A DNA stretch of 64,000 nucleotides, taken from an uncultured Clostridia bacterium (GTDB lineage Bacteria; Bacillota; Clostridia; Christensenellales; UBA1242). How positions within the stretch are numbered: position 1 is the stretch's first letter; every line of letters starts with the position of its first letter. The position numbers and the translations under genes are program-made. Under the pieces are notes generated by a model. It saw nothing but the letters and a program-made list of their open reading frames with translations, was not told the DNA's origin and did no database searches. Below are positions 23,262-32,626 of this stretch, piece after piece. The DNA is taken from positions 214,676-278,675 of the forward strand of contig CALWEA010000001.1 in assembly GCA_944376905.1 (NCBI GenBank). The letters are read 5' to 3'.

Positions 23262-25691
23262 TCAATTTTCAAGTTCTTCATAGTTTATTTTATGATTTTG
23301 TGAATTTGAATTATATTTATCAACAAATATTTTGACAGACATATTCCCATATAGTGTTATATTGTTAGCGTTGCTCGAAAAAATATTAGAAATGTTTGCT
23401 GTTTCGCTGATATTACCTTTTATAATTATTTGTTGTAAGTTTGCATTAGCATAAAATAAATTATTTTCTAATGAATTAATGTTTTTGCCTATAATAACCT
23501 TTTCTAAATAATAATTACCTGCCAACGCCCAAGCGGATAAAGATATTAGTGAATCGGGCAAAGATATAAATTTTAAAGTAGGAGAATTGCTGATTGATAG
23601 TGGTCCCAAAGAAATTACCCCTTCAGGAATTTCTATGCTATTACAAAAATTTCCTGAAAATGCATGGTTTCCTATTTCATAAATTTTATTGCCTTTAAAA
23701 TTTATTTGGGTTATGTTTGGAGATTCGTTATATGTTGCATAAGGCCAAAACAAAAAACTTGGAACTCTTATAACATTTTCACCAAATTCCGCTGTTATAC
23801 CATACCATTGTTTTCCTGTTTTATAAAAAGTAAAATTATTACCGTTGTTAAAGTTTATTTTATCATAACTTAAATCTTGAAGATTAATGCTATTAATTGT
23901 TATATTTTCGACATATTCTAAATTATAAAAAGAGTAGTTGCCTAATTTTGTAACATTTTCACCTATTGTTATTTCATTAATAAAATTAGAATATTGGTGC
24001 CATTCTGGTAAACTTTCTAACGTATAATCTTGCATTTCTCCGTTACCATATATATCCAGTTTTCCAGTTTTTATATCTAATTTCCAGTTGACATCTTTAC
24101 TTGTTCCATCAATTAATTCTTCAATAAAATCGGTTGTGTAAATAAATTCATTATCTGGAAATAATTTGGACATTTTTGAATTAACAAACGGTATAGTTTT
24201 TTTTGATAATTCTTTTGAATAAACATAACCAAGTGGGATTGATTCATCATTATAAAACTTATTATTTTTTATTTGGGGCATAGATTCTTTATTACATGCG
24301 TAAATAGCAAGCATTTGTTCAGAAGAAGCAAAAAATATATTATTATTTATATTAAATTCTCCTATAACATTATTTTCGTAATCGGCATCATGAACCCAAG
24401 TTTTTATGTGTGCTGATTGACTTTTATCTGGGCGAGTTTGAGAAACTCCATATCCAGAATAGCGTAAAATATTATTTTGAATTTGATATGATTTAATATA
24501 TGAATTTTGTTTGTCTTGTGTTGTTGATTTTGAAACATTCCAATATTCAATACTATAATTACATTTTTCAACAACATTATTTATAAATTTTACATTCTCT
24601 ACAATGGTATTTGAAGTGTTTGCAGTGTATTGAAATGTTATTCCCGCATCATAAACTTCATAAATATAATTATTATCAACAACAAATCCAGATTGAACTT
24701 TATATCCGTTGGTTTCTGTAACTTGACCATATATTTCAATCGCATTTCCAAATCTTACGTTATCTTGATTTTGTCTAGATCCGCCTATGTAGCCGAACTC
24801 ACAATTTGTTACAGTTAAATTAGCAACACTCCCTGTTCCTATTCCATGGTTGCCGGCAAATACAATTTTAAGGTTATCAACAACAAGATTTGTTCTACCA
24901 TATATTCCATTAACACCGAAAGAAAATTCTATTTTATCAAATCGAGATTGGGGATTAATTGAAGAATAAACATAAATGTATTCTCCAGTATTAACTCCGC
25001 TACTTGCTTTTCCAGTATGATAAAATTCCAAATCATTTTTAAGAATAGTAGATAACTGTAAACTACTTTCATCAAAACTAGAATCAAATGAAACTTTTTG
25101 TCCTATTTCGTATGAAAAATCACTCCAATCGTGTTTGTTAGAAAGTGAGTTGTCATCTTTAAAAAACCATATAGCGCCAACGTCAGAATTTATTTTTTCG
25201 CTATATTTCCATATATTGTTTTCTGTTTCAATCCAAGTTCCTTCAATAGAAGCATCAAAAGGTGAAACATTAATTTCTGGCTTTGGCTTTGATTCATCTC
25301 CATAGGAACCAATTAATATATTGTCTTTAACAACATGAATATTTCCTCTAAAAACATCGCCTCGGTTAAATAAAATATAATCTCCGCTTTGAATCGTGTC
25401 AATGAATGCTGATTGTAGTTTAGAAAGTGTTTTCCATGCGGTTTGCGGAGTTTTGCCATCATCTAAATCATTTCCATTGTTGGAAATATAATAAATGTTC
25501 CCAGTTATATTTTGAATATTTGTATTGGTTGTTTGTCTAATCTCATTTATTCGTGAAAGTGATAATTCTTTAACAGATAATTGTTTTGTCGTATTTGGTA
25601 TTGGCAAACAAAAATAAATAATGAGTCCAATAAAAATTATACTAAAAAAAATAATAAAAATGATAAATAATTTATTGTTTAATTTCTTCAT
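23262..25691 (-). CDS. Membrane-anchored surface protein: right-handed beta-helix region plus C-terminal BspA-type leucine-rich repeats
   Basis: The N-terminal TM is LFIIFIIFFSIIFIGLIIYF. The central region has repeated short turns (NLKIVFAGNHGIGTGSVANLTVTNCEFGYIGG...). The C-terminus has ..IGENVTKLGNYSFYN.., ..IPEGVISLGPLSISN.., ..LPDSLISLSAWALAG.., typical of LRR_5/BspA repeats. Confidence 0.6.
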   Translation of the reverse strand: MKKLNNKLFIIFIIFFSIIFIGLIIYFCLPIPNTTKQLSVKELSLSRINEIRQTTNTNIQNITGNIYYISNNGNDLDDGKTPQTAWKTLSKLQSAFIDTIQSGDYILFNRGDVFRGNIHVVKDNILIGSYGDESKPKPEINVSPFDASIEGTWIETENNIWKYSEKINSDVGAIWFFKDDNSLSNKHDWSDFSYEIGQKVSFDSSFDESSLQLSTILKNDLEFYHTGKASSGVNTGEYIYVYSSINPQSRFDKIEFSFGVNGIYGRTNLVVDNLKIVFAGNHGIGTGSVANLTVTNCEFGYIGGSRQNQDNVRFGNAIEIYGQVTETNGYKVQSGFVVDNNYIYEVYDAGITFQYTANTSNTIVENVKFINNVVEKCNYSIEYWNVSKSTTQDKQNSYIKSYQIQNNILRYSGYGVSQTRPDKSQSAHIKTWVHDADYENNVIGEFNINNNIFFASSEQMLAIYACNKESMPQIKNNKFYNDESIPLGYVYSKELSKKTIPFVNSKMSKLFPDNEFIYTTDFIEELIDGTSKDVNWKLDIKTGKLDIYGNGEMQDYTLESLPEWHQYSNFINEITIGENVTKLGNYSFYNLEYVENITINSINLQDLSYDKINFNNGNNFTFYKTGKQWYGITAEFGENVIRVPSFLFWPYATYNESPNITQINFKGNKIYEIGNHAFSGNFCNSIEIPEGVISLGPLSISNSPTLKFISLPDSLISLSAWALAGNYYLEKVIIGKNINSLENNLFYANANLQQIIIKGNISETANISNIFSSNANNITLYGNMSVKIFVDKYNSNSQNHKINYEELEN

Positions 25692-25814
25692 GATAACCTC
25701 TAAAAAATATTATTTGTATTGTAACATAAAATTTATAAAAAATATAATAATAAACAATAAAAAAAATATTTTTATTTATAAATTATAACTTTAAAATATG
25801 TTAACATTATTGTG

Positions 25815-25892
25815 TGATGATTATAGTAAGACTAAATTTATGATGATTATAGTAAAACTAAATTTATGATAATTATAGTAAAACTAAATTTA
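25815..25892. repeat. Tandem repeat, 3 x 26 nt (TGATGATTATAGTAARACTAAATTTA)
   Basis: Three contiguous units at 25815-40, 25841-66 and 25867-92 with 1-2 substitutions, in the divergent intergenic region. Confidence 0.85.
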
Positions 25893-26146
25893 ATTGTATT
25901 ATATTAATTTTTAATATTGTTTTTTTATTAATTTAATGGTATAATACTAAAAATATTTTGAATATCAAGCATAAAAATATAAATATAAGTAAAATATTTT
26001 TTAAAAATGGTAAATAATGAAAAACTCTAGAATATTTAAATTAAGTTGGTGAAAAATTTATAACCTTATTTAAAATAGAAAATTGGAGAAATACATTACA
26101 TTAAATACTAAAAACAAAAATATTGAATAAAAGGTAAAAGTATGAA

Positions 26147-27271
26147 ATGATTGATTTAAATAAATATAAACAAACAAAAAAAGAATTTGATTTTGGATTA
26201 GAAAAAAAATATACTTTTGTTATTAATGGTGATAAATATTTTTTTAAACTTAATACAAAACATAATAAATTAAATGATGAAGTAGATGGCGAAATAGATG
26301 ATGAGATAGGCGAAATTTTAGATTTTGATGATTATTGGGAAGATGAAGAAAATAGCGTTTCTTATAATCAAGCACTTATAGAAGTTATTGTTTCAAATTT
26401 ATTTGAAAAGGTTGGTCTTAAAAATTTTGTTAAATATAAATTAGCGGAATGTGATGGCGAAATTGGTTGTTTATGTAAATCTTATTTCGAAAAAGAAACT
26501 TCAACCGAAATTCAAATGTCTGATATAATTGTTTTAAATTATCTTAATCAACGTGATGGATTTTTGCATCCAATTGACACTAATTATAGTGATGAGGTAT
26601 GTGATGAATCTTATGAATTTTATTCTGTAAGCAAAAAATGTTGTGTACCTTTTATTGATATACATGGACAGTACACATTTAGCGTTGATGATATTTTAGA
26701 AGAAATTATTAAGTTTGCAAAAAATTATAATTTTGACTTTGATGAAAAACAAATAAAAAAAGGTTTGGAACAAATAGTTGTGTGTGATTTTTTTACATGC
26801 AATAATGACCGAAACTTAACAAATATTGGATTTATATTAAATGACAAAGAAAAACCTTTTTTAAAATTAACTCCTATTTTTGATAATGGTTATTCCTTTG
26901 GAAAATCCTATGTTGGAAAATTGAGACCTCATCATGATTTGCCAATGTTTTATATGTCTTTGGGGTTTTCAGATATTGGAAAATATAAATTATTAGAAAA
27001 TAGTTTACTTGAAAAAGGTGGAATTGTTGCTGTTGATATTTATGAACTTGCTCATAAGGATGCCGATATAGCAAAACTTGTAAATGGTTTTTTAAAGGCA
27101 GATATAGAAGAAATAATTGATGAAATAGAAAAAGAGAATGGAATTACAATTAATTCTAACCATAGAGATTTTCCTAACAGATTTTTTTCAAACAGAGTAA
27201 ATATTTATAAAAAAGTTTCTCATAAATTAGATAAAATTTTTCTAAAAGACAAAGAGATTTGTAAAATTTAG
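26147..27271 (+). CDS. HipA-like kinase-domain protein (orphan, no adjacent HipB)
   Basis: The catalytic-loop-like DFFTCNNDRNLTNIGF and the downstream LTPIFDNGYSFG resemble HipA_C (D.H..N...PaYD). An upstream CLCKSYF block resembles the HipA ..KRFDR block. Confidence 0.45.
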   Translation: MIDLNKYKQTKKEFDFGLEKKYTFVINGDKYFFKLNTKHNKLNDEVDGEIDDEIGEILDFDDYWEDEENSVSYNQALIEVIVSNLFEKVGLKNFVKYKLAECDGEIGCLCKSYFEKETSTEIQMSDIIVLNYLNQRDGFLHPIDTNYSDEVCDESYEFYSVSKKCCVPFIDIHGQYTFSVDDILEEIIKFAKNYNFDFDEKQIKKGLEQIVVCDFFTCNNDRNLTNIGFILNDKEKPFLKLTPIFDNGYSFGKSYVGKLRPHHDLPMFYMSLGFSDIGKYKLLENSLLEKGGIVAVDIYELAHKDADIAKLVNGFLKADIEEIIDEIEKENGITINSNHRDFPNRFFSNRVNIYKKVSHKLDKIFLKDKEICKI

Positions 27272-27557
27272 AAAAATTTTTTATTTATAAAAAATTGTAA
27301 CTTTAATTTTATAATAAAAGCGATATAGGTTATTTGTATAAAAAATATATTGATTTTCACAAATTTTTATGATAAAATTCCTACGTTTTGTCAGGTTTTT
27401 TTTATTTACATATAATAGATAATGTTGTGCTAAAATTTTTCTTACTAATATAATGTTTGTAATAATAATTAATTTTTAATTTCAATTATGTTTTGTTAAA
27501 TAAATTGATATAAAAAAGTTTTGAGAAGTTTAATTTTTATTCAACATGTAATGAATT

Positions 27558-27616
27558 ATAGAAAATAGATATTATAAAATAGAAAATAGATATTATAAAA
27601 TAGAAAATAGATATTT
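27558..27616. repeat. Tandem repeat, about 2.8 x 21 nt (ATAGAAAATAGATATTATAAA)
   Basis: Units at 27558-78 and 27579-99, with a partial unit at 27600-16. It ends 60 nt upstream of ATG 27677. Confidence 0.85.
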
Positions 27617-27676
27617 TAAAAATGATAAAATAAAAAAATGAAAAAATATAATATATAGGATTATTAGAGGTGAAAA

Positions 27677-28711
27677 ATGAAGGCTTATAATTTTGTTTTT
27701 GATATGGATGGAACTCTTATAGACCATGAACAAAAACTAAAAGAAGGTGTTGTTGAAATGTTTCAAACTATTGCAGACAATTCTCCTAATGCAACTTTTA
27801 CAATTGCTTCTGGTGCTAGATTTAATCAAATTTTAAAAACAGTTAACAATATTAATGCTGGATTAAAGGATAGACAAATAAATTTTAATATCATATCAAA
27901 TACAGGAGCGATTATTTATCAAAATGATAAAATAGAAAAAAATCATTTAGATTCATCTCTTATAGAACAAATTTTTAATATAATAAAAAAATATGACGAA
28001 AATTTTATTGTTTTATTTAGAGGAACAGAAGAAGATTATTATTTAAAACAAGAAAATCCAGAGTTTGATAAAATTGTGAAAAAACATGCCAATATGGCCA
28101 AAAATTTTGGAATAATTGCAATAGAGAAAACCTTAAACGAACTTTCAACATTAATAAAAAATCAAGATGTTTTAAGTCTTGAAATTGTTCCTTCAAAAAA
28201 TAAAAACAAAGTATTTGAAGCAATTTATGAGTTTTGTATTAATAATAAACTTAATTCATCTAATGCTCCTTTTGCTATTGAAATAAGTAAATTAGGAAAA
28301 ATTAATGCAATGGCAAAAATTTTTAACAAAAAAAATGAACAAGGTGAGATTGTTGCTGATTTTGATAATGTTGTTTATATGGGCGATGGGGCCAATGATG
28401 TAGAGGCCTTTAAGGTTGTTGGTATTTCGTTTGGAATTGGTGATGACTTAGAAGTTGTTAAACATGCAACTTTTGCTATAGAAAATTACAAGCAAGCAAC
28501 AGATTTTCTTTTTCAACCAACAACGCTTGACCTTTATTCTATTTCTAGTAAACGAATAAGTTTATTAGAAAGATATAAATTGGCGGAGACATATTCTAAT
28601 GTGCCTAATAAGACATATAAACTTTTTAAACAAATAAAATATAAACTAAAAATGAAAAGTGGTTATATAATAAGCAATGTTAAATGTTTTAAACTAAGTC
28701 AAGAAAAATAA
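27677..28711 (+). CDS. HAD-superfamily hydrolase, Cof-type, with C-terminal extension
   Basis: Motif I is FVFDMDGTLID and motif IV is YMGDGANDVEAF. SD AGAGGTG is upstream. Confidence 0.7.
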   Translation: MKAYNFVFDMDGTLIDHEQKLKEGVVEMFQTIADNSPNATFTIASGARFNQILKTVNNINAGLKDRQINFNIISNTGAIIYQNDKIEKNHLDSSLIEQIFNIIKKYDENFIVLFRGTEEDYYLKQENPEFDKIVKKHANMAKNFGIIAIEKTLNELSTLIKNQDVLSLEIVPSKNKNKVFEAIYEFCINNKLNSSNAPFAIEISKLGKINAMAKIFNKKNEQGEIVADFDNVVYMGDGANDVEAFKVVGISFGIGDDLEVVKHATFAIENYKQATDFLFQPTTLDLYSISSKRISLLERYKLAETYSNVPNKTYKLFKQIKYKLKMKSGYIISNVKCFKLSQEK

Positions 28712-28776
28712 TTAATATATAAAAAATTAATAAAAAAACATAAATAAAGGATAGGCTGTTTTGAAACTAGCAAAAG

Positions 28777-28815
28777 AAAAGGAACTATACATATAAGTAA
28801 AGTTCCTTTTTCTAT
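28777..28815 (+). terminator. Rho-independent terminator
   Basis: AAAAGGAACT (28777-86) pairs with AGTTCCTTTT (28801-10) around a 14-nt loop, followed by a T-rich tail. Confidence 0.55.
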
Positions 28816-29050
28816 TAGTTAAAAAAACAATAAACTAATTTTATGTTTTTTTAACAAATAATAGAGATATTTTTAATGGTGTTAAGAATTTCTCCGTCCA
28901 TAATTCCTCCTAAATAAATTTCGACTTTTACTTTGTTCCAAGATTAACTTGTATAACTACATATTTCCTACCTCCTTTAATTAAATTATAAAAGGAAAAA
29001 ATTCTAATTTTTTCTAACTTTTGCTAATTAGAGGTAATGATTTGGCAATA

Positions 29051-29134
29051 AAAAAAATAACCCTAAGATTGAACTGCAACTCCAAAAGTGTCTAACTTTT
29101 GTGGTTTCCTCAGATAAAGGGTTGTTTTTTATTT
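29051..29134. repeat. Hairpin-bounded ~80-nt element, copy A (related to 36271-36351)
   Basis: An A-run plus AACCCT (29059-64) pairs with AGGGTT (29118-23) plus a T-run, enclosing 53 nt. The interior shares GATTG..TGCA.C.C.AAAAGT....AACTT..G.GGTT.C.CT.CA.GA.TA with copy B. Confidence 0.5.
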
Positions 29135-29143
29135 TGAAAGACT

Positions 29144-29449
29144 TTATTTCTTGTAATATTTCTTGAAAATATCCATTATTTTTAAAATGTCGTTGTAGTG
29201 TGATAATGTATACTCATCGAATGCATCAACTTTTACTTGCTTTAGGAATCTTTCATATGATTTAATTATATCATCATACATTTCTTTATTCATAGGTTTT
29301 CCTTTTAAGAGATGGGTGCATACATCAAAATCTACTGATTCTACAAATAAAATATTGTCTGTGTTATCAGTTTTATAAATTGATGGATATGATAAATTTT
29401 TAAATCTTTTCAATATCTCTTTTTCGTAATCAGAAATTTTGATTTTCAT
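29144..29449 (-). CDS. Hypothetical protein (101 aa)
   Basis: ORF with SD AAAGGAG upstream. No recognisable motif. Confidence 0.45.
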   Translation of the reverse strand: MKIKISDYEKEILKRFKNLSYPSIYKTDNTDNILFVESVDFDVCTHLLKGKPMNKEMYDDIIKSYERFLKQVKVDAFDEYTLSHYNDILKIMDIFKKYYKK

Positions 29450-29511
29450 TTTATATTCTCCTTTAACAATTTTATGGTTTCAAGATATACCAAATTGTTC
29501 AATGTAGAAAA

Positions 29512-30276
29512 CTAATCAATTTTATCTTCTAAACGAATACCTTTTTTATCTTTAATTTTCTTTTCTTTTATGACTTTATTTTTGTTTTCTTTATTTATTG
29601 GTTGTGTTATGCGTTTTGCGTAAACATAGCGTCTTTCTTTTTTAGGAAGAATTTCTTTGCAATATTTTTCTAATAATTGGCAAAAAGTTTCAAATTCTGG
29701 AATAAAATTGCCGGGTGCATCAAATGTAACAACAAGTTCTTTATTAAAATTTTTTCTTTTTGTTTCAAAATTTTTATACTTACAATCTTCAAATGCCAAA
29801 TTACATTTAAATCCAGTTCCACTAAATGCCTTGTATAAAGTTGATTCAATTTCAATAGTTATTTTAGGAACAACTGCTTTAATAACATGTTCTAAATCTA
29901 TTGAAAATTGAGTTGAAAATAAGTTTGAAATACCATTTATTAAATAAAAACTATGAACGATGGGGGTATCTTTAGGGTCAATTTTTAATGTAAAAACTTC
30001 GTTTTTATTCATAAAATTAGAGGCAACAATACTTATTCTGTCTATTTTAATATAATAGGAACCGTTTTCCCAAGTTTTATACATTAAAATTCCAGCTTTA
30101 GTTAAAAGATTTTCTGGTGTGTCATAATAAGTTGTTGTGTATCTATGTTTACCTTCATAACTAAAACTATCAATGTTTAAACTGTGAAAAGAAGCAAGAA
30201 TTTTTCTTTCTGCTGTTTTAAGTAGAATGTCATAGTGTTTAATAAGTTGTGTCTGTTTATTATTTAATAAAGACAT
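29512..30276 (-). CDS. CYTH-like domain protein with degenerate catalytic signature (tentative)
   Basis: TAERKIL replaces the ExExK strand. YYDTPENLLTKAGILMYKT resembles the YFDTPD..L......LRIR strand. The C-terminus is a Lys-rich tail. Confidence 0.35.
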   Translation of the reverse strand: MSLLNNKQTQLIKHYDILLKTAERKILASFHSLNIDSFSYEGKHRYTTTYYDTPENLLTKAGILMYKTWENGSYYIKIDRISIVASNFMNKNEVFTLKIDPKDTPIVHSFYLINGISNLFSTQFSIDLEHVIKAVVPKITIEIESTLYKAFSGTGFKCNLAFEDCKYKNFETKRKNFNKELVVTFDAPGNFIPEFETFCQLLEKYCKEILPKKERRYVYAKRITQPINKENKNKVIKEKKIKDKKGIRLEDKID

Positions 30277-30530
30277 AAATCACCTCTGTTTTTATGTTAA
30301 AAATTATTTCATTTATTTAACCAATTAATCATTTTTTTTTAATGTAAAATTTTTAGTAATAGTAATAATTGTAATAGTAATTTAAATTAAATTAAATTGT
30401 TATAGTTTAAAATTTAAAAAAATTTATGAGAGCGAACATCATTAATAATTTGAATATTATTAATCATTTATTTTTTTAACTAAAATGAAGTCTTCAAAAA
30501 AGTTTTAAAAATTTAATGCAAAATATGAAT

Positions 30531-31223
30531 TTAAGATTTGTTAGAGTTGTGTTTCAATGTGAGTTTGTATTTATGTCGGCCTATAAACCAAAGCCAGCAT
30601 AAAATTAAAAGCGGAACAAGAATAATAAATATTAACCAAATTTTATCAAGATTTATATACAAATAAAGTGTTAAGTAAACAGATAAAACAACGGAAATGA
30701 TTAATAACGACACCATGAAAAAATTATAATACATGTTTTTCCACATAAATTGTAAAGAAACCAAAACAATAGAATTAATGGTTAGGGCATAGATAAAAGT
30801 CATCCATATATTTGGCAGGTTAGTTAATAAACTTAATAAAATAAAAACTCCTGTTGCAATAAGCCAAACTAAAATTGACGCACAAGATGTTGCGAGCATC
30901 TTGCTACTATAAATTTTTTGAAAAAATTTGCAACCTGTTTTTATTTTTTCTTCTTTATTAGAAACTAAACTATCCAATGTTACATTAAAAATTTTTGCTA
31001 TATCGTTTAGTACAATAATATCTGGTAAAGCATCACCTCTTTCCCACTTAGAAACTGCTTTATCTGAATAATTTAATTTTTGAGCCAATTCTGCTTGTGT
31101 TAGTTTTGCTTTCTTACGAAATTTTATTATATTATCGGCAATAATTATTCTCATATTGTTATTGTCAACATTATCTGTTCCCGTTGTTTGATTATTCAAA
31201 TTTTTTAAATTTAAATTTTCCAT
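30531..31223 (-). CDS. XRE-family HTH protein fused to a 4-TM membrane domain
   Basis: HTH_3 is LTQAELAQKLNYSDKAVSKWERGDALPD. It is followed by four hydrophobic helices. Confidence 0.65.
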   Translation of the reverse strand: MENLNLKNLNNQTTGTDNVDNNNMRIIIADNIIKFRKKAKLTQAELAQKLNYSDKAVSKWERGDALPDIIVLNDIAKIFNVTLDSLVSNKEEKIKTGCKFFQKIYSSKMLATSCASILVWLIATGVFILLSLLTNLPNIWMTFIYALTINSIVLVSLQFMWKNMYYNFFMVSLLIISVVLSVYLTLYLYINLDKIWLIFIILVPLLILCWLWFIGRHKYKLTLKHNSNKS

Positions 31224-31680
31224 ATAACAAATATGTCATTTAATAATAATATTGTCAAGTGATTTTATAAATTCTACTAATAAAATAATTAATTCTACCA
31301 ATAAGAGAGTTGAAGTTTTTCTCTCTACAATTACAATTTTTTTCAGTATACAAAAATTTTTTGGGGTAGGTAGACTTTTTTTAAAAAAAATCATAATATT
31401 TGGTAGTCAAAAAGACGAATTTATTGTTTGGTGATTTATATTTTTTATCATTAAGGATATAATTTTATAGTTTGCTTAAATGATGATATTAAGATAAAAA
31501 ACTTAAAAGAAAATAAAGAAAATATTAATTTTAATTATGTTGATTTTGTTTGTGTTAAATTTAAAAAACAAAATATTAATTATACATTCGTTTCTTATTG
31601 ACATTTATTAGTTTGAAAAATTTTTAAATTATACATCTTAACATCTTAGAAAAATAATTTAAAAAAAATAATTTTATTTA

Positions 31681-31734
31681 CAGAATATGAACTTTTTTAC
31701 AGAATATGAACTTTTTTACAGAATATGAACTTTC
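31681..31734. repeat. Tandem repeat, about 2.8 x 19 nt (CAGAATATGAACTTTTTTA)
   Basis: Units at 31681-99 and 31700-18, with a partial unit at 31719-34, about 130 nt upstream of the SGNH hydrolase gene. Confidence 0.85.
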
Positions 31735-31862
31735 AATTTATTTATTTTTTATTTAATAACTTGCAAAAGATAAATTTTAAATAGAAAAATTTTTTTATAA
31801 AAATAAACAATTAAAAATTTTATTTGAAATTTATTTAAAACAATTATACAAGGAGAATGGTT

Positions 31863-32591
31863 ATGAAAAAATTAAATATTACATTAATTGGTGATTCTAT
31901 TGCAAAAGGTATTACAACAGAAAATATGAAATTAACCCGTCTTGAAAATTGTGCTTCCGTTTTAGTTGGGCAATATTTGAACACAGAGATTAATAATTTG
32001 TCTGTTTATGGGCAAACAATAAAAAGGGTTGATGAAAAAGGCATTGTTGATAAATATATAGCAAATTTAGATAAAAGCCAAAATAATAAACTTGTTTTTT
32101 CTATTGGTGGAAATGATGCTGATTATGATTGGGTTGATGTTGCAAAATCTCCTAGTGAAAATCATGAACCCAAAACTCCCGAAGCAGAATTTTCATATAT
32201 TTTATGTAAATTAATAAAGAAATTGCAAGATAATGGGGTTGAGGTTTGGTTAACAGGTCTACCCCCTGTTCTTTCAAAACTTTATTTTAAAAATGTTATT
32301 TGTAAAATTGCCGATGGTGATAAAATTTTGGAGTTTTATGGGGGAGATATAACAAACATTCAAAGACATCAAGAACTTTATAATTTAAATTTAATGAAAA
32401 TTGCCAATAAAATGAATTGTGGTTTTTTTGATATACGTTCCGTTTTTCTTCGAGAAAGAAATATTGAAAAGTTATATAGTTTAGATGGGGCACATCCTAA
32501 TAGAGAAGGACATAGAGCAATAGCAAATGAGATAATAAGACAAATAATAGATTATAAAAAAAAGAGTTTTATATTACACCATGAAAAATAG
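31863..32591 (+). CDS. SGNH/GDSL-family hydrolase
   Basis: Block I is TLIGDSIAKG, block III is IGGNDAD and block V is DGAHPN. ATG 31863 lies 7 nt after AAGGAG and is preferred over 31857. Confidence 0.7.
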   Translation: MKKLNITLIGDSIAKGITTENMKLTRLENCASVLVGQYLNTEINNLSVYGQTIKRVDEKGIVDKYIANLDKSQNNKLVFSIGGNDADYDWVDVAKSPSENHEPKTPEAEFSYILCKLIKKLQDNGVEVWLTGLPPVLSKLYFKNVICKIADGDKILEFYGGDITNIQRHQELYNLNLMKIANKMNCGFFDIRSVFLRERNIEKLYSLDGAHPNREGHRAIANEIIRQIIDYKKKSFILHHEK

Positions 32592-32626
32592 TACTAGTTT
32601 ATTGCAATAAAAATAAAAATACTTTT

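Noticed and set aside
31252-31434. 60-aa ORF in the divergent region next to the XRE-membrane regulator
   Set aside because: It has no SD and is low-complexity. It overlaps the probable promoter/operator region, which contains the direct repeat AATTCTACnAATAA.
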